64,000 nucleotides of DNA from the human T2T-CHM13v2.0 reference genome, Homo sapiens, in the NCBI RefSeq assembly GCF_009914755.1, contig NC_060927.1. One strand, written 5' to 3'. Below, one piece after another: positions 43,116 through 58,210 of the stretch. Positions within the stretch are counted from its first letter, which is position 1. Each line of letters opens with the position of its first letter. The notes beneath the pieces were generated by a model. That model worked only from the letters and a program-made list of their open reading frames with translations. It made no database searches and was not told the origin of the DNA. A program made the translations under genes and the position numbers.

Positions 43116-43840
43116 ATGTTTATTGACTTTCATATTTGTATGGAGTAGAAAATGTATAATATATATTATGATTTGTAATACATGTATTACTTACTATATA
43201 CAAACAACAGAGCCAATAAAATGACATAGCCTATCTGTCAAGAAATCAACATGAGAGGAGACATTGTTGGTTTCAAGGGATATGCCTTTTTTCACAGGTA
43301 GGTTGATCTTTGCATAGGCTAAACTATTCACACTCTGTTTAGCTGCCTTGATCGTCTTTACTCTTGTTTGAGTAACTTGGTAATGGTGACCACCATATGA
43401 TGATGAGGAGGAGGAGGAGGAGAAGGAAGAGGAGGATTATATTATTGACCAAGATGATGACATCACTGACAATAGATAATACCAGAATATCTTGAAATCC
43501 TAATCCTTTAACAGCTGCTGGTTTGATTCCAGTTAGGCTTCTATTTTCTTGGCCCTAGTGCAGTAGATGAGCTCCTTGCACTTGATATATTTTCATCAAT
43601 GAAAATAAAAAAGTGAAAATGCTGTGCTTTTTAGATTTCCCTCATGTGATGCTTGGGCTATATCATCACACTTCCTCCCTGGCAGTGGAATCATTACCTT
43701 CTGCTGTTACTAGTATAGATTTTCAGAAATCTTGTAATAAATCCACTGATTTGAGAGCAGTAGGAGCTTTTCTTTCTAGGTTGCCTCTCCAACATTTTCA
43801 TCTTGATATGCATTACTTAGAATTCAGCCAAAATAAATAA

Positions 43841-44234
<394 letters not shown>

Positions 44235-45870
44235 TCTATTTTCTTCTTAAAACCACGTTGATTGGGACTATGGCCTCTAATTTTCTCATAATTTAGCTGT
44301 TGTATGTTAGCATTGTCTTTTAGGTGCTATTTGCATTTTCCTTTTATTATTTAGAGAACACTTATGTAGCCAGATTTTTTTACCTTGAGAAAATGTTCTT
44401 AAAAGTGTAACTCCCGTGATTTAAGAAATGTCATTCAGCCAAGAAGTTACTCTAAGCTTTATTGTCTGAAATAATTTGGAAATAATTCTCTTTAAATTTC
44501 AGGAAAAAGAGGACATAAACCACTGTTATAGTTCCAGTTGTTTTTAACTATGTGTTGAAGCTTTCCCAGTCTCTTACCTTGTTTATTCAGTTGTGTTAAT
44601 TTGGCAGTTAAAAGAATTGTGCCATCTTCATAGATGACTCATGTGGAAGTATACTATCTCTACTAACAGAAGTGACTACAGACATCCAAAAATGAATGCT
44701 AAGCCTGGGGAAAGAACCTCCTAAAAAAGAGTCAATATGTTTGGTGACATTAAACTGCACACTATCATTTGTGAGTATTTTCACTTGTCAACTGGAAAAC
44801 AACGGCAGGTCTTGAGATCTACCTCATCCTCCTCTGTTAGCCAGGAAAGGAGACAAGGTGTTGCCTTCAGGGTGTTTTCCCTTCATCATGGGCCACTTGG
44901 AGCCAAAAACATCAAGGGAAAGGAAGGAGCTTGGGTGGGTAGGCCTGGGTACGGGAGATACATTTTTGCTTAGTTTTCCTCAGGGATAGTCAGGACTCTA
45001 TAATTAGCAGTCTAGTCAAAGAGAAGTTTGGAGGAACAAATGAGGGACCTTCTCCATCTCCATTGTCTCTCTATGCCTTCAACCAGGGAGACAGTGAGTC
45101 TTTAGGGATCCAAGCTGTTACCCCTAGCTTGTTAACATTTAATAACTACATGACCTAAATAATGTTGTTCTCTTTTCACAATTCTCAGTTGCAAATGGGA
45201 GAGTAGTATAATGATTGCCATTGGATGTCCATTTACTCTTTCAGCCATTGACCGCCCTTATTCCATTAAACAGAAAGTAGTGACTCTTTCCTGACTCTCT
45301 TAACGAGATTTCTGACCTTTTCCCCTGCTTTATATTGTCTTTAGAAGTAAAGATTCCATTTGATGAGTGGAATTATCTCCCCCATATTAATGGTGATGAA
45401 TGCCCTTGAGAGGCTAATGCATGCAATTTAACAAATTCAAACTCGAGTCAAAATCTGTCTTAATATTCATAATAAGAACTTATGTGATGTCCCTGACATC
45501 CAGCAGAAATAACCTGTGGCAGTGTTCGCTCTAATACTTGATCTTGTAAGAGAAAATTTCAACCTTATACACATTTTAGAATTACAACTGAGCCAGCATT
45601 ACAGTGCTAAAGAATGAGAAACTGTTGTGTTGCCTGTTTTTGAAATGTAACAAAAGCCATGTTTTGAGAGTAATTGACTTCTTAACTCACACTGGACTTT
45701 TCATGTCTTGAGTTCCCTCAACCTGTATTCTTGTGGCTGATTTTGCTAAATATATGTACTTATAAATCTCCTGCTTATTGGAAGATTATACATTTCAAGT
45801 TCAAAGATGTAAAATAGACTAGTATTTCTCTATTTTGTGAGATAGTTTTTCCTAGGTCTTATGGCAGGAT

Positions 45871-46048
45871 TTGGGGTTTTGTTTTTTGTTTTTTTGAGAG
45901 ACAGCATCTCACCCTGTCACCCTGGGCTGGACTGCAGTGGTGCAATCATGGCTAACTACAGCCTTAATCTCCCTGGGCTCAGGTGGACCTCCTCCCTCAG
46001 CCTCCTAAGTAGCTGGGACCACAGGCATGCACCACCACATCCATCTAA
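45871..46048 (-). mobile_element. Alu right-arm monomer (FRAM / truncated AluJ)
   Basis: Single right arm with J diagnostics; flanked by CTTATGGCAGG / CTTATGACAGG (TSD); absent from copy A. Confidence 0.88.
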
Positions 46049-46760
46049 CTTATGACAGGTTAAAGGGAGAATTCTTTCTTTTGACCAAAATGTTTGTACT
46101 AGGAACAAAAAATAAAAATAGTAGCCATCCCTAGACTCTGTATTTTTGAAAATCAAAATTGTAAGTAGAAGTTGACTAACGAAGGAAATATAGTTCTATG
46201 AAAGCAACCACTTTTTAAACTTCCTACTTTGCACATAGTTAACTGGAAGAAAAGGAAACCAAAAACAAATATATTCTACTCTCAAAAAGCTTAATTTACC
46301 AATTATTAGTGAAAACTATTGTAAATATTCATTTAAAAACAAGAGTTGTTTACATTCTTAAAAAAGTAACTATAGCAGTCTTCATACTCTTTCGTGTCAT
46401 ACAGTAATAAGATTATATTTTGATAGAAAAAAGTCATATCTTCCCTGAAGTTTTTTTATTTAATATTTACATAAATAGACATATATCCATGCTTGGGAGG
46501 CAGGGTGGGAAAGCAGATTATATTTTACTGAAAAACACTGTAGAACTCATAGCCTTACGAGTTTACTGGGGCTGCTAACAGAGCAGCATAAGAAATGAGA
46601 ACCATCCTTGAACATTGGTTTGCTTAGTCACCGCCCAAATCTCTAGATTTGAATCTTGTTTTCATTATTGACTTTCTTTATGAATTCAGACATGTGACAT
46701 TAACCTCTCTGGACTTTGGCTACTTTCTCGGAAAATGTAGAAGACAGATTGATTCTTCTT

Positions 46761-48079
46761 TTTTTTTTTTTTAATTATACTTTAAGTTCTAGGGTACATG
46801 TGCACAACAGGCAGGTTTGTTTCATATGTATACATGTGCCATGTTGGTGTGCTGCACCCATTAACTCATCATTTAGCATTAGGTATATCTCCTAATGCTT
46901 TCCCTCCCCCTCCCTCCACCCCACAACAGGCCCTGGTGTGTGATGTTCCTTTTCCCGTGTCCAAGTGTTCTCATTATTCAATTCCGACCTATGAGTGAGA
47001 ACATGCAGTGTTTGATTTTTTGTCCTTGCGATAGTTTGCTGAGAATGATGGTTTCCAGCATCATCCATGTCCCTACAAAGGACATGAACTCATCCTTTTT
47101 TATGGCTGCATAGTATTCCATAGGGTGTATGTACCACATTTTCTTAATCCAGTCTATCATTGATGGACATTTGGGTTGGTTCCAAGTCTTTGCTATTGTG
47201 AATAGTGCCACAATAAACATATGTGTGCATGTATCTTTATAGCAGCATGATTTATAATCCTTTGGGTATATACCCAGTAATGGGATGGCTGGGTCAAATG
47301 GTATTTCTAGTTCTAGATCCTTGAGGAATCACCACAATGTCTTCCACAATGGTTGAACTAGCTGTTCCTATTTCTCCACATCCTCTCCAGCACCTGTTGT
47401 TTCCTGACTCTTTAATGATTGCCATTCTAACTGGTGTGAGATGGTGTCTCATTGTGGTTTTGATTTGCATTTCTTTGATGACCAGTGATGATGAGCATTT
47501 TTTCATGTGTCTGTTGGCTGCACAAATGTCTTCTTTTGAGAAGTGTCTGTTCATATCCTTTGCCCACTTTTTGATGGTTTTTTTTTTTTCTTGTAAATTT
47601 GTTTGAGTTCTTTGTAGATTCTGGATATTAGCCCTTTGTCAGATGAGTAGATTGCAAAAATTTTCTCCCATGCTGTAGGTTGCCTGTTCACTCTGATGGT
47701 TGTTTCTTTTGTTGTGCAGAAGCTCTTTAGTTTAATTAGATCCCATTTGCCAATTTTGGCTTTTGTTGCCATTGCTTTTGGTGTTTTAAACATGAAGTCC
47801 TTGCCCATGCCTATGTCCTGAATGGTATTGCCTAGGTTTTCTTCTAGGGTTTTTATGGTTTTAGGTCTAACATGTAAGTCTTCAATCCATCTTGAATTAA
47901 TTTTTGTATAAGTTGTAAGGAAGGGATCCAGTTTCAGCTTTCTACATAGGGCTAGCCAGTTTTCCCAGCACCATTTATTAAATAGGGAATCCTTTCCCCG
48001 TTTCTTGTTTTTGTCAGGTTTGTCAAAGATGTGTGGTATTATTTCTGAGGGCTCTGTTCTATTCCATTAGTCTATATCT
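46761..48079 (-). mobile_element. 5'-truncated L1PA (PA4/PA5-like), ORF2 C-terminus + 3' UTR
   Basis: Poly-T then TTATACTTTAAGTTCTAGGGTACATGTGCACAAC. ORF2 remnants in the track ([47 protein letters not shown]). Short TSD TTCTT; the empty site TTCTTCTT^AAG is seen in copy A. Confidence 0.97.
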
Positions 48080-48380
48080 TTCTTAAGCCTTGTTCCTGTC
48101 CTGGCATTCCTTAAGAATGGAGGTTGCATCCAGCTGCAGTGTGGGTGCACTTGGGCTTAGTGCTTTTTCTGAGACACTGTGTTGAGCGGAGATCTTAGCC
48201 ATGCACTGTTGGTGTGAACTCTGGATTCCTTCTGGTCATTACATGTCCTCTGGCACTGTTTTCCAGCTGAGGGCTGTGACTTCAGAGCCTTGGCCCTGTT
48301 TCATCTTTTTATGTGGATGTCCTCTGAAGTTTTAATTGCTTACACTGTCTTCCTTTTTGCTCCCTGTTCTGTCACCTTAG

Positions 48381-48443
48381 AAGTGGTCGTTAAAAGCTGC
48401 CATTTTACTCTTGAGGACTGGCACACCAAATGAGGGAACAATG

Positions 48444-48481
<38 letters not shown>

Positions 48482-48511
48482 TGTTATTGTTGCTGCGGTT
48501 GTTGTGGTTGT
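48381..48511 (+). other. Candidate exon containing ATG + CTG (polyLeu) tract, copy B
   Basis: Splice signals identical to copy A; donor GTGAGT at 48512. Confidence 0.3.
48448..48510 (+). repeat. (CTG)10 TTG CTG trinucleotide repeat with degenerate tail
   Basis: 10 pure CTG at 48448-48477, then TTG CTG TTA TTG TTG CTG CGG... Confidence 0.97.
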
Positions 48512-50228
48512 GTGAGTTTAGGTGGCTGTGGAGAAACGTCTTTCAAGATTTAGCATCTGAAATGAGAAGTGTGTTGAGGAGATGGGATTTTCATATCGCC
48601 TGTTCTATCTTTGCATGCAGTGTAAAAGGTCAAAGCCTTGCTTCAGCTGTAAAGGACCTTCTTTACATAATAGCAAGAATTGACTCTGGGCATAGCTTAT
48701 GTCCCATTCCCACTTTTCTTGAGGATTACTTTAAATAGGAATACCTGTCTATTATTTAAAGGTAATTTTGTCCTCTTTGCGTCTTCTGAGAGCTAGTTGC
48801 CCGTAAGATGCCTTTCAACCTTGTACTTCAACAAAAATAGAGCAAGTTTATTGGTAGTCTTTATGACACATCCCCCATGGTTGGATACTTGATCCTCCCC
48901 CTTTTAAATCTGTCCTCAATTCTTTCTAAAGCTATGACTTTCTGATGCAAGAGTTCTGCTTTCCCTTTGTTTCCAAATATGTATCTCTTACTGATATCTG
49001 TCTTCACTTCTAAGTTTCAGTTTTCAATTCTCTTTCATTTGATCATAGGCTTCTTCTGTGTTTTTTCTAATACTATCAGTGTACTTTCAAATTTTCACTT
49101 TTCTCCTTCAACCATCATGTGAGGTAGGTAGCTGTTGAGATTTTCATTGACGTCAAGGCCCTCCACTTGCCTCTTTAGAGACTTGCTTGCTTTTTGTTCA
49201 CAGTACTTGGTAATTATATCACATCCCAGTTCATATGCTGCTTGGACTAGCCCTTTCATGATAGAGATTCCTATGTTCTAATCTATTCCTAAGTGCTAAG
49301 AGGACCCCTGTTTCTTTATGTTAAACCTTAAAAAGCATCTCTGTTGGATTTGGTAGTTGTATATTTTGATGTTATTTCTACTATTATGTTTTTGAACATT
49401 TTAACAAGAAGAGAAAACCTTTTTTTGTCCATGCATGTTTAAGAGACCCCCTCAAAATAGACTGAGTCAAAAATATCCCTTTCAGTAGTACACTTTCAAA
49501 ATGTTTGAGATGTCTCTGTGAAAGGGCTAATCTGGAAGTCTTTGACAGTTTGGAAGCCTGAAGAAATCCCCCATTTTCCCAAAGCTGTGTTTTTGAAGAC
49601 TGTTCTTCAAAGAGCAAGCCCACCGTTTTGCTATTAGTGCCAAGAAAGAACAATGAGTAGATTTTCTGTGTCACAAAGAAAAGTAGTAGACGGAAGATCT
49701 GATTGCCACCATGTTGCATTTAAAACCTCATTTTCTTTAGAGAACTGTCCACAGGACTCTCCAATAGGCAGGGATTTAAGGGTGAAACAGTTCAGAACCA
49801 CATCTCCCACCATATAACTCAAAGATGATGTTTATATATCTGGGAACCTTTTAAAAACCATCTAGATCTATGGGTAAATTTCAAATCCACAAAGTTCAAC
49901 TGGATGGAAAGTTTACTCAAATGCATTCTTTCGTCCCAGTTTTTAAGCCTAATCCTACTGCTTTTAGGCTGACTGAAATTTATAGAACTGAAATCATCAT
50001 TGTATCTCCCCAGTGACTGGTGGTGATATTTGACTTCATATACTGAGACCAATTTTTATTTAATTCACATTTTTGGAAGAGCTTGACCTGAAAGTCATTG
50101 CCCTATGCTGAAAAGATTGAATTGGTTTTCTCAAGTATATATCATAAAAACAGTTGATCCTATCGAGGTGAGGTCATATCAAAGTAGTACACTGAAATTG
50201 AGCCCTGAAGAAAATATTTTTTAAATAA

Positions 50229-50362
50229 TTTTTTTTTTTTTTTTGGTAGAGACTGGATCTTACTTTATTTCCTAGGCTGGTCTTGAACTCCTGGCTTCAA
50301 GTCATCCTCCTGCTTTGGCCTCCCAAAATGGTGGGATTACAGGCATGAGCCACAAGCCACCC
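50229..50362 (-). mobile_element. FLAM_C / Alu left-arm monomer
   Basis: Poly-T then GTAGAGAC...GGCTGGTCTTGAACTCCTGGCTTCAAG...GGGATTACAGGCATGAGCCAC. Confidence 0.85.
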
Positions 50363-51570
50363 CTAAAAAATGAATATATTTTTCAGATATCAAGGCCTAG
50401 CAATTTTCCTAGGTCAGCAAATATAGTCTCTTCTTTCTGTACTTCACAATGCAACATTTGATATTGAGTAGATGTTGTAGAACATTACGTTGAAGAGCCC
50501 AGGTTCTAGAATACCACCATATAGTTTAGATCTTGGCTTTGGTGCTCGATCATTGTGACTTTGAGAATATTGCTTAAAATTTTCTTTCCTCAGCTTGTCT
50601 CATTTATAAAATAATATAAAAGCCACTCTCTACCATGTAGTGTTTTTGTGCCTAATATATGAGTAGTATGGAATTGAATCTTAACCCACTAGCATCTGTA
50701 GTATGTGCTACTGCAGTATACGAAAAGATGCAGTAGATTTCTAAATTTTGGGGGGAATATTGTGTTTTATGCACATGCGTTCTATAAGGGAAATTTAGGA
50801 AACCATGTAGTGCATGTTTTCATACACTATATTTGTACTGGTATGAAGTCACACAGACAGTTGGAATACTGTCCCGAAGATATATAATTGTTTGAGTCAC
50901 AGAGGTTCCTACGACTCCATTAAGACAGAAGGTATAGCCTAGAGTTGGTGGGTCTGAGACAGTGTCTCCAAAGTCTGAAGGATAATAACTGAATATAGAC
51001 TCCAAAATTTAAGGCTTCAGCATCCTCAGAGTCCTTGCATTTGTGAGAGCTATGTCTGTGATGTTGCCGTTTGTCACCAGGATGCTTTATGTTGTCTTTT
51101 AAGTGTTAGGTGTCCAGATGCAGATCACCTGCATCTTGCCTCATATGTCTCTCTGAATGTAAAGATTTTGCCTACATCTGATGAAAACTGTCCACTGTTC
51201 ACATTATTTGTCATATGTATCTGCTTGGAGCAGAGTAAGACACTTCTAAGGGAACTTGACATTTCATGACCCAGGATATCAGATTCATCCTTACCACTAG
51301 CTACTCTCTGAAATTTGGGAATTTCGTTGGTCTTATGGACCACGATCATGAGACTTTTTAGAAAGATGAACTAAAAAATCGCTATTCATGCATCCATTTA
51401 TTCATTCATCCACATATCCACCCATCATAAACATTTACTTCAGTTACTTATCCTTCTGCAGAAGGGAGCAAGCTGAAAACAAAGTAATTGGGGGTACATC
51501 TCCAATAACCCTCCTTCTGGAAGTGGAATGAAACTCCCTCCTTCCCGTCAAGTCTCTTTACATAAGTAAA

Positions 51571-52002
51571 TTGTATAGAATGAATTGTGCTCCTCCCCCT
51601 ACCCCCAAAATTCATCTGTTTTGAAGGCATAACCCCCCTGTACACCTGATTGTGACCTTATTTGTAAATAAGGATATTGCAGATGTAATTACTTAAGGTG
51701 ATATCATATAGAAGTATGGTGGATCCCTAATGTCATATGACTGGTGTCCTTATAAAAGGGGGAAATTTGGACACAAATAGACACACAGGGAAAACACCAT
51801 GTGAAGACTGGAGTTATTCTGCACAAGCCAGGAAACCACCAGAAGCTAAATAGAAGGAGACCTTTTCCTAGTGCCTTCAGAGGGAACATGGCCCCACTGA
51901 CACTTTGATCTCAGACTTCTAGTCTTCAGAACTTTGACACAATACATTTCTCTTGTTTAACTCAGTTTACGTTACTGTGTTACAGCAGCCCTAACAAAGT
52001 CA
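51571..52002 (+). mobile_element. MLT1B MaLR LTR
   Basis: TGTGACCTTATTTGTAAATAAGG..TTGCAGATGTAATT, GACTGGTGTCCTTATAAAAG, CCTTCAGAGGGAACATGGCCC and TGTTACAGCAGCCCTA. Confidence 0.88.
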
Positions 52003-53711
52003 TGGAGTAAACTCTGGGATTAATCCCTTTCCCCAACATTTCATAAACTATTCTTTATCTACTTAGCAATGCATTTTGGATATTCTTCTGTGTCAGTAAA
52101 TATGTTTCTATGTTATTTCTAATAGTTTTAATATATATAGTTATTTCCCAAATTAAAAAAAGTTAATCCGTTCACTTTGATATACATTAATATACTAACT
52201 TGTCTCTAATTTGTATTAATAGTTAAAAATTCTGCAGAGTGGTGGTGTAATCTGGTTTACATTTGAAGCTATTGATTGTACTTGTTAACTTTCATAACTG
52301 CTATTTTATATACTTATATTTCATGTTATTATAAAGTTCTTAAATTGGCTAATTTTTAAAAACAGGAATGAATAACAAAGAAATAAAATATAATCATTCC
52401 TAATGGCAGTTATTTTTCTTATGTATTCATGCCTAGTTTTCACCAATGTGCATGTATTTTATCTATTTCTAATATACATATATATGCACACACAGACACA
52501 CACCCACAATGTTCTTTAATTTGATTTATTACTTAATATATTATAAATATATTTGCTTTTATAGTACCTTTATGGAATATTTGGAATCCCCATACAATTT
52601 TCCATCAAATATATATGCTCAAAATATTATTGATGTAACTACTCCCCATTATTGAACATTTAGTTTCTTTTTAGCTTTAAGCTATTGGAATTTGTGCTGT
52701 AGAACCTATAACTATCCTAACCATAAGAAGGATAGGTCAAAGGTTATGAAACTTTGTTGATCTTCTGTAATTATTTTCATAAGGATTTTCCATAAGCAAG
52801 ATGATAGTGAAATTGACTAATTTAGGTTGACAATTTATTCTTGAAATTAGCATAAACCAGCAGTATACAAAACAGTAATGTAGGGATAAGATTCAATTTA
52901 ATGCTACATTTTAGTAATCAGAATTCTGATTTTCTGAATATATTGTGTCCTTTATCAGGTGAATGCTTTCGCTGTTGATATGAACCTCATCTTTCCCCAT
53001 TCCTGCAACCTAATGCTTTGTCTTTAAATTCTCTGTCAATTGGCACTAATTTCTTTTGAGACGTGTTTTGGAAACAAATAAGATTTTTCTTAGTTTACCA
53101 ACTTAACTATTTTTTCCTTAATCTCCACTTATGATAATAATCTTGAGAACAAAAGTATTTAGAAATGCCCTAGGTATAAATCCCGAAGAGATTGAGTATA
53201 ATAAGCCGTCCATGGTATTTACACTTGGAAAGCAAACTTTGACTCTTTGCCCTTTACCACGTAGACTTGATGCAAAAATCAATGAGATGTTCTAGGTTTA
53301 TGAATTTGATTTCTTTTTATCTTTTTCACAATGAAGGAAAACAAATCAAATTAATGTTACAAGTAAACAGATTTCCGAGCTTTGCTACCTAATGCTGAAC
53401 ATCTACGTACTTCAAAGACAATATAGAATCTTTGAGATAAAATGGCATTTTTTTCCCTTATGATAACTGATATTCAGGATTGGAAACAGTTTGCCTCAAG
53501 AAAATGCTGCTTTGCATACTATAAAATGCCGGTGATTACTCAACTCTTGCAGTGTTAGAGCTAGGAGGGAACTCAAGAGTTATTCCAATTTTTTTCCATG
53601 CAGACTCAATAATGACATTGAGAGAATAACTTTTAATAATACAGGTATCTATTATTAAAATGAAAATGGCAGAGGACAAGATAATATGCCATAATCTGCT
53701 TCATCAGTGTT

Positions 53712-53735
53712 GTGTGTGTGTGTGTGTGTGTGTGT
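53712..53735. repeat. (TG)n microsatellite
   Basis: About 12 TG units. Confidence 0.92.
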
Positions 53736-56700
53736 ATCAGCAAATATTTTTTCAGCTAACTAATAGGTGATATAAAAAATTGGGGTTGTAAGACCTATCC
53801 ATAGAAACAATCATAAATTACTAGCCATAGAATTTATTTGCCTCCCTTTGGAAGTTTATTTCCTTTTGTGATTAATAACAAACTTGAGGGTAGGTGTATG
53901 TGGTTGAATGGTAACAGGCACCCAAGGTTTGGTTACGTGGGATTGCATCATGTTGCTTGGCACCACCCAGCTGAGTCTCCAAACAGCTAGTTTGGAGGCA
54001 TGTGTCTCGTGGGCATGGAGTGTTAATTTCTCTTGCAGCAAAACAGAAAGCGGCCGACTGAGAGAGTGGAGGCATGGGTGTGGTTGAAGAGCACACAGGA
54101 GAAAAGACGGTGGGGGAATATCATTTTTTTGGTTCTGCTTCTACTCCAGTACTGGATGCCATAAGATATTGCCTACTGCTATGGACATTTTATTTTAAAA
54201 AGTAGTAGGTGTTTCAGTATGATTTATTCATTGTCTATAGAAATCCTAATGTGGATTATGTTCATACACAATATACAGAAGTATAGATATTAAATAGTCA
54301 ATTTCATAAACATAATCTTTAAGTAATTGTGAGTCAAAAATATTCAGGGTCCAATTACAAGGAAAAGTACAATTTTTTAACAATGCTTTATGTATTTTAT
54401 TTGTCTTGATCCAAGGTTTATAAAGTAGTTTAAATCCTGTGCTTACTTAACTTTTCTGTTTATTTGCCAATTAATAGAGAGGAGATAAATGAAAAGGATC
54501 AGACAGGAAGAAGGGAAGCAGCCAATATTGTCAAACTAACAATGGAACCAATTGTACCTGTGATGTTATATTGGCGAGTACAGAAATATTGAAAAACATA
54601 TTAGGATTTCAAAGCATCTGTTTTGCATATGAGTAAACGGAGGGTTATGAGATTTCTTCACTCATTACATAGCTGGAACTTATACCCAAGTCCTTATCTC
54701 CAAGTCTAATCTCCTATCTTTCTTCAGCTATCTTCTGGGTCTTGGGGCCAGATTTAGGGTGTTTGAAGAATTATTTGTTTGCACCCTTAAACTCATTTGA
54801 ATTTTGTAAACTCTTAAGTATAGTAACTTCACATTAGGTGTTGCACTTGCACAGGGCAACTTTGGCTAATGGTTATTGGAAATGTGGAGTATGGGCCTTC
54901 TAGGGCACTTTCCTTAGTTTTTTTCTTTTTCTGGAGTGAGGTGAGGCTATAAAAAATAGACAATATTAAAGCATATAGTCGTTTATGTATTCAATACTTT
55001 TCTATGCCAACAGATCCTCTCAGTGTACTATTATGCACCTTATTTTGCAAATAAGTCAAGAGAAAAACCGTTTTTTCCATATTAAGGAATCATATAGGAC
55101 AGGCAGGGTTTATATAAAATTCTGATAGCACTTAGTAAAGCTTCGTTCTCCCTAAAGTGGGTACAATAGAAGGTAAGCTTTGGAATTTTAAGAGTATTCA
55201 CTGTTCATGACACTGTTTATCCTACATTTGTCACATATCATTTTCTCAGGATATCTGACATAACCTCTCCAAGATATTTGGTTTAAAATTAATTGGCAGT
55301 CAATGGCAAAGGGTAGAGTCACTTAAATTTGCTGAAGCAAGCACAGTAGCATCTACCAGAGTATATGTCAGATTGTTCTCAGACCGCCAAGGGCAAAAAT
55401 ATATGCTGAGGGAGGCTGTACTGGTGCCACTGTGTTGGAGGCCTTCTTCAACTCTTAATTAGCTTGCTATGAGTGGAGATGCCATCTTGACTGGCTCTCT
55501 GGGAACCATTAGGCAGGGCCACTGACCTTGGCAACTCTAATATTTATCTCTGTGGAACTGAGTTGTGAAACTAAAAGGCACTGCACAGGTGTTTCCAAAT
55601 ATTTTAAACCAGCAATGGAGAGACTATTAATTTAGGCCATTAAAACTAACTACCAATGTATAGAGTGACCTGGTACAGGACACTCTGCAGGTATCAATCT
55701 ACCTTTGGGTCAGTAGCACAGTGCCCCTTGCCTTCTGCCACCACATTAGAGGCATCATTTTTATTTTTAGCCTGGACATAACAGCTGGTTAAATTATGTG
55801 AGGAGTAGCTCTTCTTGATAAGATCAGCAAAGATGCTAGAAGTAAGACTGACTGTGAAATAGCTGCAGCCAACTGGCCTCTCAGCCATCATTCTTATCTC
55901 CTGGATAAATAAGAAGCCTGCAATTACATTTTGAAAATCTCTAATAGTCAGATAGGCAAAACAGGACTTCCATGGACTCAGGTTGAAAGGTTTGATTGTG
56001 AGTTGTGATTTAAGGCCAAAGGAAGAGAAATAGCCAAGAGAGAACAGTATAGATAGGAGACAGAATCTCAGTAATGAACTAGCACCAGAAAATCTTCTGC
56101 AAAGAATATACACAAGAAATAATCTCCAAGACACAGGATTTAAGCTTCTGCATTTTCTTTCTATTCCTAACAGTGTGCCTAGCAACCGCTGATATAGTAC
56201 AAATTTTGCTGAATGTCAGATCGAGAGCTCTGGAAGGTTTATATCTGCAGGAGATTAAGGTACAAATATTTCCAGATTCGTTTCAGGGTGGCAAGATCAA
56301 CTCACAGCATGAGGCTTCTGTCATCATAGAGATGCTTTGTGGTACTTTCTCTTCTTTCGTAAATGAACTGGCAAAATTGCCACTTGAGTCAAATGGAAGA
56401 AGGCAAAATGTTGTGTTAGCTGTTCTGGGGAGTGAGTGGCATGTTTCCTGGGCCAGATAGTGGATCCATATTCAGTAAGGGGACTGACTCAGTGCTCTTT
56501 GTGGAACTAGAAGATCAGAAAACAACTGATCATGCTTACGTTGTATTCATGATGGCCTTGAAAAGAAACATTTCCACCCATTATGTTACCACTATATTGA
56601 ACATGCACTAATAGAATAGAAGTGGAAATCATCAGCATTAACACAGATTAATTTTATGAAAGGTCACAGCCAGATTGTATACATGGACATGCCATAGGAT

Positions 56701-58210
56701 GGACCAAGATAAATCTTTACCATTTATTTAGTTCTTCATTGCTCTGGGAAACCTATATTTTGTCAGTTACAGGAAATATATAGCTCAATGGCTACCATTA
56801 GTTTGAAAAATAACAGAGGATATATTTTGGCCTGAAAGGAACAGAGGTCTAATGTTATTGCAGCTGTAATAAAGAACTAAGCGCCTGACCTTATGCTTGA
56901 AAGAGTTACCAGGTGAAGACAGAGCTGTTCACTTAAAGCACTCAGATTCAGAAGCAATCCTTAAAAACAAAACCCAGAGGAAAACCATTTAATAAACAAA
57001 TAATAAGGCATGCTGGAGAGGCAGTTGTGGGAGTCTAAGTGTAGTCAAGTGTTTCCGTCTTAGTGCTTGTTCCACTTAGCCAGAGCTCTGGGTCACCTGG
57101 GATTTGGGCCCTGGGAGGGGATAACAGTGTGTACGGGTTTAGCACTGGACTCTGCTGTGCATTCAACTTGGAGATACCATAGGCCAACTGGAGCTCACAG
57201 GCTTCACAGCTTCATCGATTTTTAGCTTCAGTGAGGATAATAGGGAGCCAAAACAAGACAATTTCATTGCTCCATCTCTGCTACCTCATTTCTTTTTCCT
57301 CAGTATGCATTTAGACGTTGCAGAGAGTTCATGGGACAGACAAAGAAAACCCTTTGCTGTGTTCACAAATGGTCCAAGACTGAATTAAGAATCACAATGA
57401 TATTTTCTCTATTAGTTAATACATTATTTAACTTTATATTATACATTGAGTATTTAAGTTGTTTTAAGTGCTGTTTTACTTGCATATATTAAGACAAATA
57501 TTACCTGGTTGATTTCCACACAGTGGACTTTTAAAAAATCATTCAATCAAGAGCTATCTTGGTATGAAGGTAAGGAAGCGACAAGCCTCTGTGGTAGACA
57601 TTGAACTTTTCATATTTTGGATATATCTGTCCTCTTTTTTCCTTTGAGAACACACAAGAGAATCCTTATTATTAATTTGTTAATTCAGAAACCTTTCTTG
57701 AGTAAGCTACATATTTTTATAAATTCACACTTACAAATCAAGAACCTGATACTACCTGTAATCCTAACAAATAAAATTAAATCTTTCTCAGACCCCACGT
57801 GCCAATATTCATGATTGTCCCATGACAGCGAGTGGTGCCTTTATCTTTTACAATTATTCACGCATCAAGCTTAAGTATTTTGGTAAATGATGGAGACACG
57901 CTCCTCAGTGCCTTAGTCCTCCTTGGAGAACATGGGAAGAAAGATTGTTCTTCTGCAATCATAAGCAGACTGTGGCCATCCAAGAATCCAAGTATATTCT
58001 TAAACAAGCTTGGTCTCACCAAAAATAGTTGAATAGAATATTGCCCAGTCATCAAGAAATCAGCAAACATTTTAAGCACCTTTAAAGTATGCTGTGCTAG
58101 GCATTCTGATGGGATACAAAAAATGTGAGGATACATTTTAATTAAATAAAAACAATATGAGTTTCTGTCCTCAAGAAACTTATAATTGGGAAAAGAAAAC
58201 AAAGTACAGT

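Larger units (their letters stand above)
45720..49390 (+). repeat. Local segmental duplication, copy B (carries Alu-arm and L1PA insertions)
   Basis: Colinear with copy A after removing 45871-46048 and 46761-48079. Confidence 0.92.

Noticed and set aside
55694-56185. Longest non-L1 ORF (163 aa, minus strand)
   Set aside because: No recognisable domain or splice context, composition typical of random AT-rich DNA, and its start overlaps an L2-like remnant.
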